Assembly: GCA_002269645.1 (NCBI GenBank)
Contig: NIVC01002701.1
Span: 1 to 64,000, forward strand
Length of the DNA: 64,000 nucleotides
Direction: 5' to 3'
Source: Macrostomum lignano
Lineage: Eukaryota
Made by a program: the position numbers and the translations under genes. The notes below the pieces were generated by a model. That model was given only the letters and a program-made list of their open reading frames with translations. It was not told the DNA's origin and ran no database searches. Below, piece by piece: positions 12,411-34,947 of this stretch. Numbering within the stretch: position 1 is the first letter of the stretch; each line of letters opens with the position of its first letter.

Positions 12411-13789
12411 ATTAGTCTATGGTACACCCGGTCTTTCCCGAAACCAATAAATCATTTAATGGGCTCCGTTTGAAGACCATTGTAATTATACTTTTACCCA
12501 GACGCAATGAAAAAATATTTTGGCCATTATTCCACAGTTTTGATGTGTACCATAGACATTTGGATTGAAAAAATCCATCGCTCAGTATTTTTGTTAATAA
12601 ATACAGAACAACAAGAAGTAAATGAACAAAAAGGAAAAATCATTAAAACTAAAGTACCAGCTACACGAAAAGAGTTAATAATAAATGTCACAGCTAGTGC
12701 AGTTCATCAGTTTGTAGTCGAATTTGACAATGTAAAAATCAATTTGTCACCCAAAGTGAAACATGAACAGTTCTCAAAGCCGCAGTTTTCAAAGATGCTC
12801 GACACTTTAGCCTGATGATTTGGCACTGCAAAAGGAGTTGGTCTATGTTGAATGTTTTCTATGAAAGAGAAATACAGGTGCTCAAGTATAGTTGCCGAAC
12901 TTACCATTTGAAAGATGCACGTCTTGGTTAAGTTGGCATGCGACTGATGAGCTTCGTCTGATGAGCTTCTTTGGTACCGCAGTATCCAAGCTGGGATTCT
13001 TTGGGACTGTCGGCTGCTCGACTGAATCGATTGGCCGCTTTCAGGCATCGTTTATAGCCGTCGAGGCGTTGAAGACTGCATGGTCGCGTTTTCTTCCTAG
13101 GTAGCGCCGCACGGTTCGTTCAGTCGTCGACAGGAAGATTTTTTCAATTAATAAGCGCGGCTGTTTGACGAGATGCACTATAGCCATAGTTGTTCGACAA
13201 GACAAATAGCTTTTTCTCCCACTACTCGCTTTCCTCATACTTCCTCACTACTCGATTTCTTGCAAGACGCAAGCAAAATCAGCACTCACAGTGTTGTCTA
13301 TGGTCAAACTAAGCCACACAACTCAGTCGTCTATGGGTAAAACAACTCTTAAAACAGCCAATTGAAGCATGATAAAAAGTATGGAATAATGACCGCGACA
13401 AAAGTGTGAATAATGGCCGCAAAAGTGTGGAATAATGATAGATTGTGTATATGGTTTTGGAGGTAGACAATGATAAAATTTTCACGAGTGGCGAAGCCAC
13501 TGAGTGACTAAAATTTATCATTGTCTATGACAAAACCATATACACAAACACATTGTCTCATGAATGTATTTTTAGAAGCCTAAAATAATGACTCCTAAGC
13601 ATGGAATAATGAGCGTACAGCATGACACAATGACTGCGCGCTGAGTTAAAAGTATAGATACAATGCACTTGTATAGTATGCAACTTCGTTGAATAATGGC
13701 CATAGACACTCGTGCGCTACGATACTATACAATCTACCATTAAATGATTTATTGGTCCCGGTATAGAAGTAGTTGTACCATAGACTATT
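12411..13789. mobile_element. Inverted-repeat-bounded Crypton-related segment carrying a second recombinase 3' end
   Basis: tagtctatggtaca (12413-12426) and accaataaatcatttaatgg (12444-12463) are exact reverse complements of 13774-13787 and 13737-13756. Internal minus-strand remnant RTVRRYLGRK...FENCGFENC. GAA-triloop hairpin agtggc-gaa-gccact at 13487-13501. Confidence 0.6.
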
Positions 13790-13820
13790 GATTCCTTGCT
13801 GCCAGGGCGCCCATTAAAGG

Positions 13821-15210
13821 TCAATAAAATAAGCAATTGGATTTTATATGATAAAAGCGTGCATTAAATGTATTATCATTTGTTAACCATGTCGTAGTAT
13901 TTCGCAGAAACATTAGATAGCGCTCTACCGTTCGTGTGCTTTTTTGGCCGGTGATCTTGCAAATGTCAGCATTTAAGAAGCTATCATCGGCGAGTTCTTT
14001 CACAACTGTTGGACGCACGCAGTGGGCGGTGAACCGACGACTAAGTCCAGCAGCTTGTGAAATGGTCGACATGAGACTCGCCAAGGTGTTGACACCGACA
14101 GGCTGTTTAGCACAGTACCAATTAGACGTTTTCCAGTTGGAAACTTTTGGCTTCAAAAAGAAAGGCGTGCCTGGAGTAGCACCAGAGCTGCTGCTAGAAA
14201 TCGACTCGCTTTGCTTACGTAGATACATCTTTAGTGCCTCGACTGGGCACTTTTCTGCGATTGAGACCATCACCGCGTTCTTGTAGTCATCGCACGCTTC
14301 TCGGTTGAGGCTGTTGCCTACATTCTTAACTTTGCCAAGCCTAAGCCGCACAACCTCCGCTCCGTCGGGCCTCTTCTCAAAGATAAAGCTGTTCTCACTG
14401 ATTCAGCGACGCCACTCGCGTCCCGGATTTCCAAAGTAATAGATGCAGTTGTAATATACTTCGTGCAACAACGCCGTCGGATATTCTCTGCTGAAGTAAG
14501 CGGCCAGTTTGCGCAAATCGTCCTCCTCCAGGTCTTCAAAATGTTTAGATCTGCCACCTGCACTGATGAAACTACGAGCCAGTGCTTTCAAGGTCGCATT
14601 GGCATTAGAGAACTCTCTGTCGGAAATGATATTCATTCGCCTGGTCTTCATCAGATGTCGGTACAATGCCGCTCGCATACAAATCAGAGTAGACGATGCC
14701 GGAAGGTTGCCGTCACGCTTCCTGAAGGTTCCATAGAACAACCGTAGTGCAGATGCAATGGCCTCAGCGGAATTGGTTTGCAGATCGACACGGGCCTAAA
14801 AAGTTACGACGTTCAAAAGCAATACAAGAATTGACGAAAAGACCTATAGAAAATCTGAATTCAAAGCATGTAGAATACAAAGATTAACTGAAACCACAGG
14901 ATATCTGATTTCGAAGCAACTAACCTCGGGATGTTCATCCATGAACGTGTTCAGCTTTTTTTACATAACATTCGGCTTGCTGTCTGCTACTGGCGTTCTC
15001 TGCTGAGCGTTCCAACTCGGAAATCGCAGCCTCCAGCCTGTTTAAATCAGGCTCGGTGCTCATCAGCTCCTCCAGCATGGCGTCATCGATATCTTCGGGC
15101 AAAGCATAGTTGGTGTCCAGCGGTCCATTATCAAGCTCCTCCTGCGTCCGATCGCGAGCATGTTGTTCGAGTGTTTTATCCGACTCGACAGAGGACGGGC
15201 CGCTAACCAT
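13821..15210 (-). pseudogene. Crypton/DUF3504-type tyrosine recombinase, intron-containing and disrupted
   Basis: Motifs FYGTFRKRDG...RAALYRHL...NIISDREF, FGNPGRE, PVGVNTLASLM...AAGLSRRFTAHCVRPT...ITGQKS...ERY. Intron 14924-14796 (GT-AG, phase 0). A +1 frameshift in the A7 run at ~14956-14962 and an in-frame TGA at 14403-14405. The catalytic R-x-x-E Arg reads Pro and the second His reads Gln. Confidence 0.8.
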
Positions 15211-15244
15211 CTCGTTGGGAAATCTAAGTATTGAATCCTATATT

Positions 15245-16041
15245 TGCCAATGTAACGGAGCTTTTGTCTATGGCAGCAAGGCTGGCAGAGTGGCATTTAA
15301 TTTGGCAGAGATCGCCTTCTACGGGGTGTCAATCGCCAAGGCAAGTTGTTCGAGAGCCTCTGATCCAAATGCTACTCGATGCAGTTGAAATGAATCCTTT
15401 GTTGACGTTGTAGAAGTGCAGCAGAAGTTGAAGGAACAGTTCCAGTTGGTCATCAGATTTCGACTCCTCAGCAGAGCTCTGGAAAAGCGACTGAAAATTG
15501 TTGGTAGAGACGCTGACATTCCAACGGTACGCAACAACCCACAGACGCTTGAGAGGGGGCAAGAATTTGCCGAATGGCTCACAGGCGTTTGGATCATAGA
15601 TCTTATATTCCCTAGATAAGCCACTTTGTATGGCGGTAATAGGGAAAGTGCGACCGCTGTTTTTCGTCACTTGTGCCAAAAATGACATGCATGGGTTGCT
15701 TAAATTTTGAGTTCAGTAGCTTAGGGACATAGACGCAATTTTTTGAGAATGTGATAAAACTTTTAATGAATTAAATAAAGAGCTACTTAATCAAATTAGG
15801 AATGGTGCATGCACTGCAGAGACTACTGACGAATTTGAACTCAGTAGTTGATTTTCGCGCTGTCGCGGTATGCAAATTTTTTTACATTAGCTTCTATGGC
15901 CACATTAGCGGCTAATGAGTGGCCCATCTTGTGTATATATGATCTTTGGTTTAGTTTAGACCAAATTGGTGCTTGTCGGACCAAATTAGATGCCGATGTG
16001 CCAGCCTTGCTACCATAGACAAAAGCCCCATTACATTGGCA
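15245..16041. mobile_element. ~800-bp segment bounded by 61-bp inverted repeats containing GTCTATGG
   Basis: 15245-15305 versus the reverse complement of 15981-16041 gives 54/61 matches by manual alignment. No TSD seen. Encloses an unassigned ORF (15329-15688, -). Confidence 0.65.
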
Positions 16042-16109
16042 GCGGGCTGCAAAAGCTGCTATTATTTTTCTAACTTTTTATAGACAAATTTGTATAAATT
16101 GTAAGTGGA

Positions 16110-16800
16110 AGGCAGCGAAAACCAGTCTCTATAAAAAAAGTTTACTATGCTCTTAGCTTTGAGTTGGTATCATGAGTTCAGGAATTTTGAACGATCTAAA
16201 ATGAATTTGAGCTGGTGAAGTATCAAGCTTGTACCCCCACGTTTTCAGCTTTTGGAAGCGCCTCAATTTTATTAATTGGCTAAAAGTTGCAGCAAAACTC
16301 AGCCAAAGAGCTCTCTTGCCAGTTCATATTACTGATTTCCCTGAATCCATCCATGAAGGATCCGGATTTAATCGGACGACCAGCACCGGACAAATGGCGT
16401 TTTCTATCTTTCTACACTTTGCTATGCTGTACACTCGGTGTAGTATTTGCAGCAATACTGAAAAAGGGCGGCACAAAAGTGCAGAAGCGCATGCACGTCG
16501 TCATCGTTCGATGTGAAGGCTATGAAATTTCAGGGACTACTAAAGCTTTTAAAGCTCAATTTGGAATGGAAACCAAACCGCCAAGGGCGGGATATCGCAA
16601 TTTCCCGCTGGCATAGAGATTGGCATAAAACGTAAAAGTATAAAACCTGAAAACGACATTTACTCTGTTAAAGCAATGTCTTTTTATGATTGGCTTTCAA
16701 TCCAGTAAAGTTCTAGTAGGACTTGCCTGTTACCCTTCCTGCCAAACGGTAGGATATTCGATTCACGATGTCCTGAAAGGGCAGGGCGGAGGAAAATTTC
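16110..16800 (+). repeat. Dispersed repeat, copy 1 of a family also present inverted at ~28900-31330
   Basis: Collinear blocks such as atctttctacactttgctatg, attactgatttccctg, gctggtgaag...aagcttgta and ttggctttca...aaagttctag match the reverse complement of 30765-31330. ttcctgccaaa...ggaggaa matches ~28905-28965. Confidence 0.75.
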
Positions 16801-17199
16801 TATCTAAAAAATGTCTGAAATGAACGCGCGCAAAGCAAAGTGTACAGAGCCCATGCTGCTTCCGCACTGCACACCAAGTCCGATGACAGCAAAATTAGAT
16901 TTCAAAAACACCATCACCAAAGCGAGTTAAATGTCTGCCTGCTGGAATATTGACGCAGCTCAGAAAAAAATCCATCTACCGATCATTCACCATCCACCGT
17001 TTCACTGACGGGGAATCCGCAAACAGATGCTCCGCCAACGATCGGATCAGACTGCATGCACTTTTACACGGCTTTTTGCTGGCCAATAACTGGCTGGCTG
17101 GCTGATCAGCAAACACATAAATGCAGCAGTGCCTCAATTGAAATGCTTCCAATGCTTCAAATCCTGCTCAGCATCAGATAGTCACCAACCAGCCCAACG

Positions 17200-26790
<9,591 letters not shown>

Positions 26791-27253
26791 GATGTGCACC
26801 GCCGCTGGGAATAACTGCAGTCAAATACTCGAATCTTCGAGAGGGAGAATGAAGCTCCGTATGATCAAGTGATTATGTAGAAGAAAATTATTTGGAGAGA
26901 AAACGAGAAGTTCTGCTGCTTTTATGTAGCCTACTGCAGATGAGTTCGACTGTTGAGCCACCGTGACGCTTTTCAGAGTCAGAAACACTGGAGAAAAGTT
27001 TAAAAACACAAACTCCATAGCACTGGAGACATGTTTGGAGACATAAAGTCCATAGCACTGGAGACAAGTTTGGAGGCACGACACCCCAGACGGCCGATTT
27101 TCCTGCACAAGGTCCCAAATTACGGAATCAAATCAGGGATAGAGGTGCGAGAGTCGGACGAGTCAGGCAACTGCTCTGCCCCTTGTTATTATTATTTTAA
27201 CTTATAGCTTGACGTAAGCCAGTTGTGACGCTCTCTTGTCTGTGACTCTACTC

Positions 27254-27686
27254 TTGTCTCTCTCTCTTGTCTCTCTCTTGTCTCTCTCTTGTCTCTCTCT
27301 TGTCTCTCTCTTGTCTCTCTCTTGTCTCTCTCTTGTCTCTCTCTTGTCTCTCTCTTGTCTCTCTCTTGTCTCTCTCTTGTCTCTCTCTTGTCTCTCTCTT
27401 GTCTCTCTCTTGTCTCTCTCTTGTCTCTCTCTTGTCTCTCTCTTGTCTCTCTCTTGTCTCTCTCTTGTCTCTCTCTTGTCTCTCTCTTGTGTCTCTCTTG
27501 TCTCTCTCTTGTCTCTCTCTTGTCTCTCTTGTCTCTCTCTTGTCTCTCTCTTGTCTCTCTTGTCTCTCTCTTGTCTCTCTCTTGTCTCTCTCTTGTCTCT
27601 CTCTTGTCTCTCTCTTGTCTCTCTCTTGTGTCTCTCTTGTCTCTCTCTTGTCTCTCTCTTGTCTCTCTCTTGTCTCTCTCTTGTCT
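27254..27686. repeat. 11-bp pyrimidine-rich minisatellite (ctctctcttgt)n
   Basis: Direct tandem array. Confidence 0.95.
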
Positions 27687-27771
27687 CTTTCTTGATAAGC
27701 TACGAGTAGAACCGGTTGGTTATGTTTGTTTATTCCATTATTGATAATCGTTAATCACAAAAAGTTTTTAA

Positions 27772-28112
27772 TGGAGATACTGGACATCATGGTACTGCCG
27801 TCAATATGACTGCCACAAACTGACTGCTGACAATATATGTTTTAGTTTAGGGGTTGCTTTTAGATTAGGGTTAATCGGTTTAGGGCTATATTGGCAGTCA
27901 ATTTATGCCAGTCAAATCGCTGGCAGTGAAATGTCACCGATAGTCAAACCTCACTGACAGTTAAACGTCACTGACAGTCAAACGTCACTGACAGTCAAAC
28001 GTCACTGACAGTCAAATGTCACTGACAGTCAAATGTTACTGACATTTAAATGTCACTGACAGTCAAATGTCACTGACAGTCAAATGTCACTGACAGTCAA
28101 ATGTCACTGACA
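27772..28112 (-). mobile_element. Second, inverted copy of the 17-bp-array element family
   Basis: Units cagtcaaa(c/t)gtcactga are the reverse complement of the 3748-4125 unit type. Shares ttggcagtcaat, a ttaggg-rich tract and the atactgga end. Confidence 0.6.
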
Positions 28113-29117
28113 TTCAAACTGATTACCATTGTAATTTTTATACTTCAACTTAAATCTAGTGGAATATGATTACTCAAAAAGACTGCAAAAAAGAAAGTAC
28201 TTTAACGTCAACATGACCTTATTCATACTATTTCCGTCAAGTGAGGTGTGACAGTATAAATTCAACGCTTAGAAAATTTGCTAAGCTTTTAGCGCCTTTG
28301 AGATTAACCACCATTTTTTTAACTCCTAAGTGGTTTTTGAGCTTTAATACGAGCGTAATATTTACTTATGTGATGTTACAGTATATTTGTTTCATTTTTA
28401 TACCCGCCTGTGCTTGAGCATTAATTAGCTATTAGCTCTGTTCCACAAAGAGGTGGAACACCTGACCCGGTTGCTACTCCAGAAGCTTCGTGTCTATGAT
28501 TATTAACGAATTCCTGTGCGAGAAGTTAAATGAACAGCCCGGATTGAAGTCCGTTAATCCGACAATCCTGTAATCATGTTATACCCTTCGTTGGCTTGAG
28601 TTTAAAAAGAAGATTGAAAAAGTTATATTCCGAGGAAAACTCAGTGTTCAAATTCGTGTTGTTTATTTGCACTAAAAAGATTGCTAAATTTGTGGTAGTT
28701 GCCATCAACTTTACTTTTTTAACCTGCTTGAATAACCCAGTCTGGACTCATTTGATCTATACCTTGCTTATCCACCCATGCAAACTCTTGTGCCCAGCCA
28801 TGTACTCATGTACTTATTTTCAACTTCTAGCAAGGTCCCAAACCAACATTACATGCAAATGAACAATTTCGTTGTTTTAGTTTATATGAATTCAATTAGG
28901 AATTAAATTCCTCCATCCTATCCAGGGCACCGTAAATCAATTTTTCTAGAATTTGGCAGGAAATATACAAGCCAGTCTCGTGCCGTGTAGTTGACAAAAA
29001 ATTCTAAGATCTAAATTTATTTCATCTTGCAAACAGCCTATTTAATGATGATATGAGCAGGGTCTGGTAGAATTACCAAACAAGGTCACGTGATGACAAT
29101 TACTACGTACACAGTCA

Positions 29118-30749
29118 ACAACACAACAACAAAAACAACAAAGTACGCTGTCAGGTGACTTTGTACGTAGTGTACAAAGTCAGCGTCAGAGCCTGGGCGC
29201 GAACAAAGGCCGCACCACTGGCAGAGTCCGGGGCGCCAGCGTGGGTCAGCAGGCAGTCGACGAAACGTCGAGTTCGGGCCTGGTCGCGTCGGTAGGGTGC
29301 CTGCAGCGTTAGCAGCAGCACCTCCTGCACCGGCTGCGGGCAGTAGGACTCGGCGCGGATGATGTGGCCTGCCAGCTGGAGTCGCCGAAGTCGCAGCAGT
29401 TAACTTGGACGGGCCAGGCCGGCGCGGCGATAGAGTGCCGCATTGGTGATCCGCTCGTCGCTGATCTTAAAGGCGGCACGCAGCAGGCCAGCGTGCGCCG
29501 CGTTGACTTGCTGTTCGAGCGAATTTGTCAGCGTCCAGGTCTCGGTGTTGTACAACAGGACGGTCTCGACCACCGCCTGGAACAGCGCCGCCCTCTGGCG
29601 GTCAGGTAGGGCCTCGGACTGCAGGACCGCCCTCACAGAGCGAAAGGCAGCCCAAGCGAGCCCGCGGCGACGCCGCAGATCTTCGCGGACGTCAGGTACC
29701 AGACCGCCGAGGTAGACGAACTGCTGACAGCGCGGAAGCTCCGTTACCTGCCCGCCAGCGCCTCGGCAGAAAACTGCGGCCTCGATGTCGCCCGGCACGC
29801 AGAGCACAACGGTCTTCTTCGTGTTGACCACCAGGCCGACGCTCGCTGCAGCGCTAACCAGCTTGTCCAGCTGGCGCTGGGCGCCCTCTACGGTCGAGGA
29901 CAGCAGGGCGAGGTCATCGGCGTAGCCAAACACGCTGAGCCGTTTCTCCGGTTGACGTCGACCCACGCGTCGCCGCAGTAGGAAGCCGTCTTCGTCGGTA
30001 TGAATAGCAGTTCGTAGCACCCAGTCAAGCACCAGGACGAACAGGAACGGCGCTAGAGTGTCCCCCTGGAGCACCCCGGAGAATGTCTCGAAGGAGTCCG
30101 ACAGGCCGTCCGGCGTCATCACAGCTGCTCTCGTAGCACAGTACAACGCCATTATGGCGGAGATCAGCTGTTCTGGTACATGATACGCTCGGAGCAGGGA
30201 TCGCAGCCCTCGCAACCGAGTCGAATGCCTTCATGAAGTCAATGAAGACAACAATCAGGTCCAACTGGCGCGTGCGCGCCTCCTCGATGATTCGGCGGAG
30301 AGCTAGGATCTGCGCCACTATGCCACGGTGGGGCCAAAACCCGTTCTGCTCAGGTCGCAGGTAGGGATCCAGCACCGGTTGCAACCGTGATAGCAGCATC
30401 CGGTTGAACGACAGCACAGCACAGGATTGCAGGCAGATGCCTCGGTGCTCGCGTCTAGTCGTGTAGTGCCCGGCTTCTTTGAAATGGCGATGATGTGCAC
30501 CATGGTCCACTCGGTGGGTGCCATTTCACCTAAGAGCACGCAGTTCATCACACGGGCGACCTCACTGGCCACACAGTGGATGCGCAGCGCCTCGATGGGC
30601 ACCTCGTCCAGACCCAGCGCCTTGCCGCCCGGCGTCTTCTGGGCAAGAATTACAACTTCAGCCATGGTGACTGGTGCAACGTTAAAACTGTCCTCTGACG
30701 GCAACGGCGTCTCTGGCGGCAGCGTCAGGATGTTGGGCAAGGATGTTGG
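29118..30749 (-). mobile_element. 5'-truncated, frameshifted RTE-like non-LTR retrotransposon (reverse transcriptase)
   Basis: RT motifs KALGLDEVP, EQNGF, FIDFMKAFDSV, GVLQGDTLAP, YADDLAL, FVYLG spread over three frames. (TTG)n-like 3' tail at ~29118-29140. Candidate 11-bp TSD gtacacagtca (29107-29117) / gtacacattca (30750-30760). Confidence 0.9.
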
Positions 30750-31575
30750 GTACACATTCAGGTTCTTCTAGAACTTTGCTAGACTGAAAGCCAACTAGAA
30801 ACAGCACCATGGTAGATCGTAGCAAAACAAGGCCGGCTCATTGTTTAGACGTTTTCAGATTCTTTATTTGCATGTTTTACTCCAAAGTCATGCCGAAATT
30901 GCGATGTCTCGCCCCTTCATGGTTTTATTTCCGGTCCAGGGAAGCTTTAGTAGTCCCTAAAATTTCCAACCCTCACAGACGGATGTGTTGCATTCGGTCC
31001 TGCACTTTTGTGCCGCTCAGTTCCGTATAGCTGCAAATTCTACACCGCGAGTGCATAACATAGCAAAGTGTAGAAAGATGAAAATGGCCATTTGTCTGGA
31101 GCTGGTTGCCCAATTAAAGCCGGAAGAACTGCATGAATCCAGGGAAATCAGTAATTAGGACTGCAACAGAGCCTTTTGGCTAAATTTTGCTGCAGCTTTA
31201 GGCCAGAATTGGGGCGCTTTCTGGAGTTCAAAACGTTACAAGCTTAAAGCTTCACCAGCAGGAAATTTACGAGTATGTTAGATCGTTTAAAAGCAAAGCA
31301 TGGTCAGAGGCCGGTTTTCGCTACCAAATTCAGTAGCGAGACAAAAAGCTTTCAGATTTTAGCACCAAACTAGCAATCTAGTTATTCCCTTTGGGGCGGC
31401 CAATAAGCAAGGGAAGAAGATTATTCACGTAAATTTCATTCGCCTTGACATCTCAGCATTTCCCCCAGTAAGCCTTGACATCTCAACAATTCCCTCAATA
31501 AGTCTTGACATATCAGCATCCTTAAATGGCAAGCATCCCTGGACATCCCTGGATTAGTATTAACTAATAGCAAAT

Positions 31576-32217
<642 letters not shown>

Positions 32218-32513
32218 CTTTGTTTGTTTGTTTGCTTTTGTCTGTTGGGCTGTCTGTGAGGGCTGTCTGTCGGGGACTCTGTCTGTGAGGGATGTGAGTG
32301 AGGGATGTGAGTGAGGGGTCTGATAGGATAGGAAAATACGAAATCAAAGCAGACGACTGTCCTTATTATACCTGCAGTTAGTGCCATCTACGATTTTATT
32401 GAAAATGAATATTATCGCATGGTTGCTTGCTAATTATATTGTAAAATATTTTTAACGTTTATAGATAAATAGCTCATATATTATGTCACTGGATCCACCA
32501 GCTGCAGAGCAGC

Positions 32514-33167
32514 TCAGAGTTTGCTCAAACTGAGCAGGCAGGCTGCGAGCAGACCGCCACCCGTCAGGAGGCCCGGCAGAGGCGGACCCGACACCCGGCC
32601 GACCGAGTTGCACAGGTCCGTGTCGCAGCAGAAGGTCCTGGAGCTTTCGACACACAATGGCAGTGCAGCTCGACTGATCGTATCGCCAAAGACTGCTTTC
32701 TGTGTTGTTGATTGGTTTGAAAGTTACTAGCAAGTGATTTTAGCACTCCTGGCTGTCTGGTTGAAACTATTCACGGGTACGATTTCACGTGTCTGGTGAC
32801 TATGATAATTTGACTAAGATGCACGAGACCTCAAGAGAGGGAGTGGAGACTGAGAGAGTAGAGGATAGTGAGAGCTAGGAAAATGGATGGACAATGAGTA
32901 GAACCATAGGATCGTTGCAACCATTAGCACTACAAGCACTCACCTTGCAGTAGTTACTGGACGATGTAGCTGTGTTGCTGTCAACAGTCTTGCAATTGAA
33001 GCAGGAGTAGCATCTCACGGCAAGGCAACCAGTGAGGCAAGCTAAAATTTTCGTTAAGCAATGATAATTAGTGCAATTCCAGAATATAATGCTGAAAAGC
33101 TAGAAATTGAATAAAAATAATTACCGGCTATTGTAAAGCTAAATATCAGGACTCTAATGCTGGGCAT
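32514..33167 (-). CDS. Ly6/uPAR three-finger protein with signal peptide and GPI-type tail (108 aa, 3 exons)
   Basis: Exons 33167-33125, 33041-32944 and 32699-32514 give MPSIRVLIFSFTIAACLTGCLA-VRCYSCFNC...NYCKK...PLC...FCCDTDLCN-SVG...GLLAACLLSLSKL. Canonical CCxxDLCN ending and a hydrophobic C-terminus. Not present as a single ORF in the supplied track. Confidence 0.85.
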
Positions 33168-34947
33168 GATAGAAATTAATATGATTAGAGCAGCTAATGT
33201 AGTACAATTTCAAACAACGCAGTAAATAGCTCGAATGTTTGGTTTTCTGGAGCGACTTTTGAACTGACTCTGCTGACAAATTAAATATATTTTAGAAGAA
33301 ATTAAATTGTTTATGCCAAGTTTTAATATCGATGTAAACCATTAACATTAACTAATAGCATGCAACTGCACATTAACATGCAGCAATATCAATCTGGATT
33401 AATATAAGCAAAACAATTTCGACAGGAAGCAGTGCCACGTGCCAGCAACAAGATTAAGCTGCGTTCAGTGGAATTCACCGCTTGGTCACTGTGGCTATAC
33501 TTGTCACGACTTTCCTAGTCATTTCTTTAGTTCACCTTCACTTGTCTCTGTTTACTGTTTTCTCTCTCTCTGTGTCTAGCTCAATCTTGTTATTCTTATC
33601 TCTCTCTCCCTTGCTGCCTTCTGATTGGTTCTCCATTCTCGCCTCTCTATTTAGTCGTGCACTCCACCTCTCTCTTTATTATCTGCAATTCAAACCCCCT
33701 AAGTTAATGTCTGGTATAAATATACTTGTTTAGGCCCTGCGCCCACTTACTGGCTTATCTTAGATTCAATTTAACTCCAAGTAACTCTCTAGTCTTTAGT
33801 TTAGTATTTTTTCTACAATACTTATAAACCTCGTATAAACGCTCGTTTATAAAGTTGCAATTCTGGATTTAAAAATAAAACCAAGGTGTTTGAATTAAGG
33901 GACAAGACCTGATCAAGAGTCTGTCATTTCAGGACTGTGTGCGTACGTACGAGTATGCATGAGTATGAGTCCCTAGTCTGAATCAGGGTCACGACCTCTG
34001 ACCACTGACACCACCTTTGCAGCCGGATTGATTTGATTTATTGATATCATATCAATTTGACATGATACGGTCCTAGTCTGCAGTCAGAGAATTAGAATAT
34101 AAAAAATATTTTGTCTGAACAAAAGCTCTTTACAAAGTATTAAAGCCGGTAGATAAACTAAGAACCTTACATGTAGTTTACTGAGCAATGTTGTATTCCA
34201 GGTCTGTATTGATTGAACGACCTGCTATGGTTATCCATTTTACTTTAAAGTTAACTCCGAAAAGTTGAACAACAGTTCGAAAGATCGAGACATAATGGAA
34301 ATTATAACAAAATTCATCAAAAAGGCCGTAAGGCTTCATACGAGTATTTGTACCTGGTACCAAAAAAGCTCGAACTGTGCTTGCATAGGAGATATTAGCT
34401 CTTATTTTAACTTTCGCTTTGTCCAAAATTTATTTACTGGCTTCTCCTATTTTTCTCTGTCCCGCGGTTATCTTTACACATTATTATTGATCAAGCATTC
34501 AATATGCTCTACTATCAGTAGAGTAATTACAACAGTTCTTGCCGAATTGAAACCCTTAGAGAAAAACTCTAATTAAATGCGCTGCGCAGGATAAACAAAT
34601 TTTCTAAGCTCAGTCCGAGCGGAGTTTTCATTGACCCAGAAAAACAAGAGAGTAAACAGCTCTGTTGCTTTCGCTCAACCAGAATTTTTTATTTGCTATT
34701 ACTATAATAAAAATCTCGCAATTAAATGCCAAATTTGTTTTTCTGTTTGGATATTTTGAAAATAAACGAAAGAATAATGCTTTTTTCTCAATGTCAGGAT
34801 CAACTCCCAGATAGTAATGAATTGCAGTCACATGTAGTAACTAAAACATGGATTGGTAAATTCTCAACTAAAATAAAAGTATAAAATTATTGCACAAGAA
34901 ACTGAAATTAAGTAGCAATATTCTGAAACTAATTATTAAGATTTTGA

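Noticed and set aside
13044-14405. Two in-frame TGA codons in recombinase remnants read as selenocysteine or programmed readthrough
   Set aside because: No SECIS recognised, the positions are not Cys-equivalent, and other lesions (frameshift, catalytic substitutions) point to decay or error.
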